Below the pieces are notes generated by a model. The model did no database searches. It had not been told where the DNA came from and saw only the letters and a program-made list of their open reading frames with translations. A stretch of DNA of 64,000 nt from Octopus vulgaris (Eukaryota): contig OX597823.1 of assembly GCA_951406725.2 (NCBI GenBank), positions 33,356,001-33,420,000 of the forward strand, given 5' to 3'. This document shows positions 54,712-64,000 of this stretch, piece after piece. Position numbers and translations under genes: made by a program. Every line of letters starts with the position of its first letter. Position 1 is the first letter of the stretch.

Positions 54712-56565
54712 AGAGGGACTCCAAAAACAAAAGAGGGACTCATGAAAACCAAAGACATCCCCATTAGAAGAGGAATATTCCAGGGAGATACGCTCTCTCC
54801 ACTCCTTTTCTGCTTGGCACTGTCACCTCTATCTGATATGCTAAATAGAACTGGATGCGGATATAAATGTTACGGCAAAACGATCAGCCACCTTTTATAT
54901 ATGGATGACCTAAAACTATACGCTGCAAATGACAAACAGCTGGAAACACTATTAAAGACAGTTCATGGATTTACCAAAGAAATAGATATGAAATTTGGAT
55001 TAGAAAAATGCGCCAAAGTAACCATGAAAAGAGGAAAACTAGTTAAGAGTAACAACATCACACTAGATGAAGCAAATGAAATAAAAGAATTAGACCAAAG
55101 CCAAACTTACAAATACTTAGGAATCCATGAACTAGATAAGACACAACACACACAAATGAAAGAGAAAATAAAAAAAGAATATTATAGACGAGTTAGATCA
55201 ATACTAAACACAGAGCTCAATGCTAAAAACAAGATAATAGGTATCAACACTTTAGCTGTCCCAGTTATAAGTTACAGCTACAATATCCTTAACTGGACAC
55301 GAAATGAACTGACCAAAATAGACAGGAAAACAAGAAAAATAATGACAGGATCTAGGATGCATCACCCAAAATCTGACATAGAAAGACTATATATACAACG
55401 TATAGAAGGTGGTAGAGGCCTTATACAGCTGGAAAACTACTATAAAATAACCACCATAGGACTGCAAAAATATCTACTTCAGAAGGAAGGAAAACTGATC
55501 CAGATAGCGGCAAAACACGAGCAAAACAAAAAACTGTTCTCAGTATTTAAGGAAGCTGACAAATACAAACAAGAAATCATACCACCTAATAAATATGAAG
55601 AAGAAGAAGAAGAAGAAGATGAAGAAACAACAAAAGCTATAAAAAAAATGAAATCCAAACTAAAAATAGAACAGCAACGAACCATGATAAAACGATGGCA
55701 AGAAAAGCCCCTTCATGGTAAATACTGGACTAAACTAAACGCAAAAGAAATAGACAAAGAAAAATCCCAGCAATGGTTGAGAAGCTCAGGACTCAAAGCA
55801 GAAACAGAGGGATTTTTAATTGCAGCACAAGACCAAAGCCTCCCCACCAGAAATTACCAAAAACATGTAATGAAAAGAAATATTACAAGTAACTGCAGAA
55901 TATGTGGAGATGAACAAGAAACAATAAATCATATTATCTCTAGCTGCCCAGTCCTGGCTAAGAAGGAATATATTCACAGACATGACAGAGTTGGAACTTA
56001 CATACATTGGAAGCTATGCCAACATTATGGAATAACAACAGAAAAAAGATGGTATAGGCACACACCAGAAAAGGTCACAGAAAACGAGAAAGCAACCATA
56101 CTCTGGGATATGCCGATACACACAGATAGAGAAATTAAGGCCAACAGACCAGATATAGTTGTCAGAGACCATGAAGAAAAAAATGCTTTCTAATTGATGT
56201 ATCAGTACCGGCAGATGACAACGTGTCTCTAAAAGAAATGGAGAAACTCTCAAAATACAAAGACCTGGAAATAGAGGTAACTAGAATGTGGAATCTGAAA
56301 ACAGAAACAATTCCTATCATAGTAGGTGCATTAGGCATGATAAAAAAATATTCAGACAAATACATAACAAAAACACCAGGACTTACAAACACATATAACA
56401 TACAGAAAATTGCACTACTAGGCACTGCACACATCCTACGCAGAACACTTTCCATACAATAACCATCAGAGCATCACAACAAATCACAGTACATACCCAA
56501 GGCACACAGAGCTGCGCTCGGTAGTGAAGTGAAAGCACGCTATAAAAATAAAAATAAAACTACTG
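54708..56565 (+). mobile_element. Young 5'-truncated Dong/R4-clade LINE (RT, CCHC, RLE) inserted in (TAA)n
   Basis: GIFQGDTLSPLLF, YMDD, GGRGL, CRICG..ETINHIISSC, RHD, NRPDIVV, K..KY; one frameshift at ~56180; TAA repeats on both flanks. Confidence 0.95.
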
Positions 56566-57341
56566 AATAATAATAATAATAATAATAGATGGTGCTAACA
56601 CATAAGGAAGGATATGACTCTGTGATAATTATATATGATAATTATATGTGACTATGATAATTATAAAGCTAACGTAGTTATATGTTTTTACCCTCAAGAT
56701 GTAAATAAAGATGTTGGTAAGTATTCTATACTTAGAGATGATAATTGTGGTTTGAAGGGAATAACGCATGTCTTGCGGCTTCAATGTGGATAGTCAGGTG
56801 AATTCTTTAATGAATCTCTGAACCTTTTAAGACTTTAGATCAATATTTGATCATATCAGATCAATGTTAGATTTGGAAAGTGGAGTGCAGGAGAGAGAAA
56901 TAAAGGTGTTAGTATAATGGAGCTGGAATGTTGCAGGAAAGAATCGCCAGACCGAACCAATCGGCAGGAAACGTCAGGGTCGACCAAATACATGAGGGTC
57001 TCAGTTGGTAACACTTGGAAATCCAGATAGAAGGTGCAATGCTTCTGATAGGAGCCTATGGAAGAGATAGCTGAGAACTCTGTCATCGTGACCCTCTCGA
57101 CTATAAGGAACGGAGAGAATATATGGACGGTTGGAGTGTGAATATATAGAGAATAGTGCTGTTCATTAATTGGATGTGGTTATATTGAGAGATTTAATTC
57201 TGATGTATTCCATGAAATACTGCCAGAAAACACTACACTGAGAGCCGTGTTATTTCCCAGAACCAGCCATTTTGAACCTGTTTTGCTACGTTTCAGACTT
57301 ATAATGAGAGAGAGAGAGAGAGAGAGAGGGAAAGAGAGAGG

Positions 57342-57389
<48 letters not shown>

Positions 57390-57679
57390 GCGAGAGTATG
57401 GGAGAAACAGCGAGAGTATGGTAAAGGAAATCGATATTATATAAGATGTTAAATTGTACGATCTAGGAAAAAGAATTCAAAAAATAACAAAAATAAACGA
57501 CACTAATATTTATATCTAGTGAGAACATCGCATCATTTATTTTCGGAATCTATTTTCATTTACATGCTTTACTTAACTATTTATTGGATATTTTCAAGTT
57601 ATCAAAAATCCTTGATATTAGGGTTCTGTTGTTGTAGGCATTTCTGAAATATTAATGGAGGGAACATCGTGAGTGCCAG

Positions 57680-57970
57680 ATTTTTTTCCCTAGTATTTTA
57701 GTTCTTTCATGACAAATTCCAGGCAAATGTTTAAAAGGATGGGGTTTAGCAGGCAACCTTGTCTCAGATCGACGCATACTTCAAACAGACCGGTCAGCTG
57801 AATACCAGTGACCATATCATACTCCGTATCATCGTGTTGTGTAGCGTTTCCATCAATCCCATTATCTTTGGTTTAACACCTGTTTCTGTCAACGTCTTGA
57901 CGGTGTCGAAGGCAACTTTAAAGTCGATGAAGTTGATTTTTTGATGATCTTTTGCTTTTTCTAAATACTC
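57680..57970 (-). mobile_element. Decayed RTE-like RT fragment
   Basis: FIDFKVAFDTV; LRQGCLLNPILLNI. Confidence 0.7.
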
Positions 57971-58029
57971 GTCTCATCATAAAAATTATATCGATTACAT
58001 CTCTATCTTTATCTTCCGTCTTTTATCTA

Positions 58030-58430
58030 TTTTTACTCATTGGACTGCGGCCATGCTGGGGCACCGCCTTAAAGGGTTAAGTCGAACAAATCGATCCCAA
58101 TACTAAAGTTTAAAGCTTGGTACTTACTCTATCAGTCTCTTATGGCCGAACCGCTAAATTACAAGGACATAAACAAACCAACACCAGTTGTCAAGTGGTG
58201 GTGAAGGTGGTGGCAAACACAAAGGTGCCCAACACACATATACACGCGCGCGCACACACACACACATACGATGGTGCTCCACGGAGTTCCCATTAACGAA
58301 ATCCACTCACCAGGCGTTGGTCGCTCTTGGGTTATAGTAGAAAACACTTGCCCGAAGTGCTACGAATGAGATTGAACCCGAAACCGCGTAGTTGCGAAGC
58401 GAACTTCTTAATCATAAACCTATGTCTCTG
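58030..58430 (-). mobile_element. SINE family B
   Basis: Full tail-to-head match. Confidence 0.85.
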
Positions 58431-58699
58431 TTTATATGTCTCAAACATATGTCTGTCTACTATGATAAATATCAAATAAAATCTCCAGCGTTTTTAGTTT
58501 TCCTCTTCGGCTTTAGTTTTTATTCAGTCGAAGAGGATTCTTCTGAATATTTTTCCGTTTGGTGAAAGAGAAATCGCCCAGTGATTTTGGGGGTTTTCCC
58601 ATTGAGTACTACCAAAGATAAAGAAGGTAACACGCAGATAAACACAACCGAGATTCTTCGATAACGGAAGAATGATTTCAAACCTATTTTATTTTTCCT

Positions 58700-59320
58700 C
58701 GTGCACTCTGGTACACTGAGGCAATTGAAGAAGTTTAAACAGCTTGAGGCCATATTCACGAGTGATGGGAACCAGGTGCACAAATTGGCTGCTAGAATTG
58801 CAGACACAATAATGCACCAACTTCAGAATTCAGTCTTCAGAAGAGGAGTGGTTGGTAAAACATTCAAAGTTGTTACCTACATCTAGGTTTTTCGTTCGTG
58901 CCTATCCTTACCTATGACTATGAATGCTGGGTAATGACCGAAAGAATTCAACCGCGAATACAAACGTCAGAAATGAGTCTCTGAAATACCGGTACTCTAC
59001 AGGGTACGTAGCTTGGAGATCAGAGTCTCTCCAACTTCGATACTATGGATTAGAATGTCGCAGGAAAGAATGCGTGTGTGTTGTGTAACTTTGTGTTTGA
59101 TGGATCTTCAGGTCTTATCGACTGAGACTATGGTTATTATCCAACCACCTCGTTCTTGGTCTCACCTCTCCACCCATCCGTCTCCCGCCGGTTTATTCGG
59201 TTTGAAAAATCAGTCTTTCAATTCTTTCCTGCGAAATTCTAATTGCGTGTTCATAATACCGGAGCTGTGACCTCTCAATGCAGTGAAGTAGCTGTCCGAC
59301 TTGGAGAGACTTCGAGGAAT
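58700..59320. mobile_element. RTE-like fragments (+ 58700-59070, - 59075-59320)
   Basis: [45 protein letters not shown]. Confidence 0.7.
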
Positions 59321-59334
59321 AATAGACGGGAAAA

Positions 59335-59690
59335 AATGGATGGATGAACGGGTGAATGAATGGATAGATGAATAGGTAGATAGCTGGGTGGATGAATGGA
59401 TAGATGAATGGATGGATAGCTGGGTGGATGGATGGATAGATAAATGGGTGGATGAGTGGATGGGTGGATGGATAGATGGGTGGATGGATAGATAGGTGGA
59501 TGGATAGATGGGTGGATAGCTGGGTGGATGGATGGATAGATGAATAGGTAGATAGCTGGGTGGATGAATGGATAGATGAATGGATGGATAGCTGGGTAGA
59601 TGGATGGATAGATAAATGGGTGGATGAGTGGATGGGTGGATGGATAGATGGGTGGATAGCTGGGTGGATGGATGAATGGGTGAATGCATG
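59335..59690. repeat. (GGAT/AGAT)n tract with a higher-order duplication
   Basis: Block 59367-59490 is repeated at ~59539-59660. Confidence 0.9.
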
Positions 59691-60027
59691 GATCTTATCT
59701 CTCTTTTCGCACAATAATTGAAAGCAATACTAGAAATCCCGGATGATCCATCAGATGTGGATTCTCATGTAGAAATAACAGAAGAACAAGAAATAGATAA
59801 AAAACAAACAAAATAAAAAGAACGAAAATTCATTAAGCACTTCCCCCTCCCACCACCACTCAGTAGAGATGTTATCAAGGCGGAAGGACAAAGAGCAAGA
59901 ATAAAGCAGTTGGTAATATGTCATATGTAACATGTAATAATTAATGTATTCAGGCGGGAACAGATAAGACATGGAAACATTGTGGCCTTAAGGTGGTGAC
60001 ATCAATACATAAATACATACATATATA

Positions 60028-60115
<88 letters not shown>

Positions 60116-60317
60116 TATAATAAAAAGTAATAACAAAAGAATGAGACCTCGATATTAGAGAAATAGAGGATTATTTATGTATGTTATAAATTAGAACAAA
60201 CAGTAAAAGGTTGTCATTATAATACACAGAGTTTCGAATGTCGGACCGAAGAGCTACGATACATCCTCGGCGGCTCTGTGTACTGTAATGACAACCTTTC
60301 GCTGTTTGATCTAAATT

Positions 60318-60355
<38 letters not shown>

Positions 60356-60475
60356 TAGTGTCTCGTCAGGTGACCAATGGTTTTAGGCCTTAGGCTAAAA
60401 CCTATGGTCACTAACAACGTGCTGTATTAAAACGGAGCAAGATAGAGTTTATTCAGCGAGACATCCTTTGTAAAA

Positions 60476-60579
60476 TCACCTGACGAGACACTTCTGCATC
60501 GATTGATGCACCCCAACCAGTTGTACGATATCCCACCTGTGAGGAATCGATGCAGTATGGATCGAAGCGATCGTTGTGA
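60476..60579 (+). ncRNA. Hammerhead-like motif with long stem II (A15.1G change)
   Basis: UCAC-CUGACGA...CUGCAUCGAUU/AAUCGAUGCAG...GAAGCGAUCGUU-GUGA. Confidence 0.6.
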
Positions 60580-60670
60580 GCAATGAAGTTTCTCGTATTT
60601 TCCATTTTACATTTCTATCTTTTGTTATATATGTGTAAATTATACATACATATGTGTTTGTAAAGATACG

Positions 60671-60779
<109 letters not shown>

Positions 60780-61159
60780 ATGTCTGTCTATCTGGTCGAA
60801 TGGATAGATAGGTAGATAGACAGATAGACAGTGATAGAAAAAATAGAAAATAGAAGCCGTATAGTTCAAAAAGTACTTTTAAAGAACATTTATAAGGTTT
60901 AGAAATTTGTCGATAGCAACTGAACAAAGAAATTACTTAATTTTGGAAGATAATCTCTCTCTCTCTCCTCACTCTCTCCTCCCTCTCTCTCTTATCCTTT
61001 CTCTTATAGATCTAAATGAAATTTGTTAAAAGCCACTCACTAAAAGTAGAATGAATGACAAAATTCATTCGGGAAATGGAACACCTGAATTACCTCTCGT
61101 CACGAAATTCACAGCTATTTGCACATTTTAAAATCATTTTGTGCAAATGTTTACCTACC

Positions 61160-61288
61160 TTATACCTTTTGCTTGTTTCAGTCCTGTACTTCATCTTATA
61201 CGCTCGATACTTATTCCGTTGGTGTCATTTGCTGAACCGCTGAAATTACGGGATGTAAACAAATCAACAGCGGTTGTCAAGCAGTGAC

Positions 61289-61348
<60 letters not shown>

Positions 61349-61500
61349 ACACATACGGTGGGCTTCTTTCAGTTTCCGTCCGTCAGAGACATTCACAAGG
61401 CTTTGATCGGTCTGGGGCTATAGCAGAAGACACTTCTCCAAAGTACCACGCAGTGGGATTGAACCCAGAATTACCTTAATCACATAACCACTCCTGCGTC
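61160..61500 (-). mobile_element. SINE family B with internal (CA)n
   Basis: Family match. Confidence 0.82.
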
Positions 61501-62169
61501 TAAATGTAGATTAATGCAATTAATTATTTCCAAGCACAAAATTAGAGCAATTTACAATTCGGAATCAGGTAGAGCAGAGCGCGCAAATCGGAAGAGAAGC
61601 CGTGTCAAAGGTTAATGTTGACAGGGCCTTCAGGGACGTCTTGTGTTGTTTTTGTAATAAAACAACAACAAAGGGAAGAAATAAAAAAATAATGTAATAT
61701 CAATAACGCACGTTTACACAGACACGGAACCCCCCCCTCCGCGCGCATAGAATTTATTAAGAATCGAAACACCTCTGCATATCGTACGCCACTGATTGAC
61801 TAGACAGGACGACGCAGAGCAGACATTGGAACAATCCATTATTAACGCAGAAAGCATCAATGATCAGACACTGTTGCTGGGTAATCGGCAATTACTATTG
61901 TTTACAAGTAATTCGACGAATAATAGAAGCGTTCGACATAGTAATAAAGGAATCTTTATTTAGTATTAAGCATAATTTGAACTCAGAACGTAACGGCAGA
62001 CGAAATACCACAAAGCATTTCGCCCGGCGTGCTAACGTTTTTGCCAGCTCGCCACCTTCGTAATCCAAAATATTGTATCATGCTTACATTAAATAAAGGT
62101 TCTTAGCGAAACAGTTGCAGCGGAATTTAAAATCCATTCGTTTGTTCGTTTAAGATAAATACATAGTGG

Positions 62170-62495
62170 GCGTGGTTGCGGGTTCAGTCCCACTGCATGG
62201 CACCTTGGGCAAGTGTCTTCTACTATAGCCTCGGTCAAACAAAGCCTTGTGAATGGATTTGGTAAACGAAAACTGAAAGAAGCCCGTCGTGTATATATGT
62301 ATGTATATTTATGTGTGTCTTTGTGTATGTGTTTGTCCCCCGCCATCACTTGACAACCGGTTTGGCAATAGATATCGATAGAATAATCACTAGGCTTACA
62401 AAGAATAAGTCCTTGGGCGGATTTGTGCGACTAAAAGGCGGTGTTCCAGTATGGCCGCAGTCAAATGGCTGAAACGTGTAAAAGAGTGAAAGAGT
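62170..62495 (+). mobile_element. SINE family B
   Basis: GGTTCAGTCCC, CACCTTGGGCAAGTGTCTT, tail. Confidence 0.88.
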
Positions 62496-62516
62496 ATATG
62501 TATATGAAGAAGTAGC

Positions 62517-62668
62517 AGGCAGTCAGAAATTTGGATAATTCTTGATTAGCGCTTTTGTTCGCTTAACAACGCTTCAAGATAATAAAATCATGGCTTTATT
62601 ATCTTGAGTTCGGTTAAACGAACAAAGCGTCAATAAAGAATTATCCAAAATTCTAACTGCCTCCTTAA
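62517..62668. mobile_element. Palindromic MITE-like foldback element
   Basis: AGGCAGTCAGAAATTTGGATAATTCTT... pairs with ...AAGAATTATCCAAAATTCTAACTGCCT. Confidence 0.7.
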
Positions 62669-62779
62669 TACACAGTATCCGTACACTACTTCAAACACTG
62701 TTTACATACACATAAGTATATATACATATATATAGATATTGCATAGATGCATACAAACATTTATACATACATATCTTAC

Positions 62780-64000
62780 AAAGGCACCAGTAACAAAAAC
62801 ACGTGTCAATAAAAAGAATATTGCAGTCGAATAAAGAAAATGTGGACCTCAGAACACTGCATTCAATAAACAGAGGCCCATAATGTGTTTGCAGTGCCAG
62901 TACTCATACCAATATTTAGGCTGCTTGATCGGGCGCTTGATGAGATCTAAGTCATTGATGTGAAAACTCGAAAAATATCAACAAGCACACATAATTTCCA
63001 CATAAACAACGACGTAGGCAGCCTCTACCTAAAACGAAAACAAGGCGGCAGAAGCTTAATATCGATCCAAAATGTCATTGGATATCGTATCATGTTCCTT
63101 CGTCAACATCTTTTAACCATCAAGTGTCGAAGTTCATCCCTTGACCAAGTTTGTATGCATGAGGCTGAAAAACATCATAAGACTTGGAAGGCAGCTCCCT
63201 GAGCAATACTCTTTGTCTGATAACCTTGAATACATGCTTAAAGGAGTTGCAAGACTCTACCGCAACGGATCATCAGATGAAAGGATGAGCCTGTTTCAGC
63301 AAAAGACTATGCATGGATATGTTAGTAGAAAGCTCCGAGGTGATAGTAACATCGATTGTCAAAGCAGTTTATCATGGACCAATAGCCGGATTACTACCGG
63401 ATTACTACCTCCCGCTTTGAAGGGTATGCGTTTGTAATCCAGGAACAGGAAATATCAACCAAGTACCTGATGCACAAAAGGGATAGAGATGCAGGAAAAG
63501 CAGTAAAATGTGACAAACGTTGCAGACTTTGTGGAGTGAACACCGAAGATATCATCCCCATCATAAGCAGTTGTCCGAAAATGTCACCACGGTATTATCT
63601 ACCGATGAGATATGATGTTGTAGCTTGGACACTCTATAATGAAATCCGTTGGAAGGATAACCCCCGAGGACAAAGAAATAAGAACTCACAGTATGGTAGA
63701 AGCCATAGCCACTCATAATAAAAAGGAGTAATGGTGGAATGTCCCAGTGAAGACCTCAATAAAATGCAAGCACAGCAGACCTGATATAACGATTTGGGAT
63801 AGAGAAGAGGAACTGTCGCGGAAATTAGCTGCCCAGATCAGTGAAAAAGAGAATATGTACGCTGAAGTATTGAAAAAATCTGCAGTTACTCAATCCAGAT
63901 TACAAGTTCAGTTTTTTAACTGTAATTATTGGGACTCTGGGATATGTAACACACTGCCTAAATACAAATCTTGTGAAATTAGGCTTCTCAAAACCAGATA
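62780..64000 (+). mobile_element. Decayed Dong/R4-like LINE, second family (runs off the window)
   Basis: LYLKRKQGGRSL, MHGY, FEGYAFVIQEQEISTKYL, CRLCG...IISSCP, RYD, RPDITIWD. Confidence 0.88.

Overview
Eukaryotic, repeat-saturated DNA. The SINE types and extreme microsatellite load suggest a cephalopod/octopus genome (inference). I see no recognisable host exon, so this is a gene desert or a large intron; most listed ORFs are translated microsatellites. The window holds Dong/R4-type RLE LINEs sitting in (TAA)n arrays, Tx1-, CR1- and RTE-type LINE remnants, three Penelope-like (GIY-YIG) remnants, a decayed Tigger/pogo transposon, a non-autonomous Helitron, a piggyBac-like MITE and four tRNA-headed SINE families. 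The most notable signal is a set of minimal hammerhead ribozyme (HHR) motifs from several sequence families. One has an intact core downstream of a TATA box (35241-35300, minus strand). One family has a CCGACGA core variant (11080 and 38769). One is a head-to-head palindromic dimer of a tRNA-headed short element with an HHR tail (33300-33950), a candidate Pol III, Penelope-dependent 'retrozyme-SINE'. Also notable are a ~560-bp structured, non-coding, TAA-targeted element and a shared A-AAA-AAT frameshift in two Dong copies. All calls were made by eye; no searches were run.
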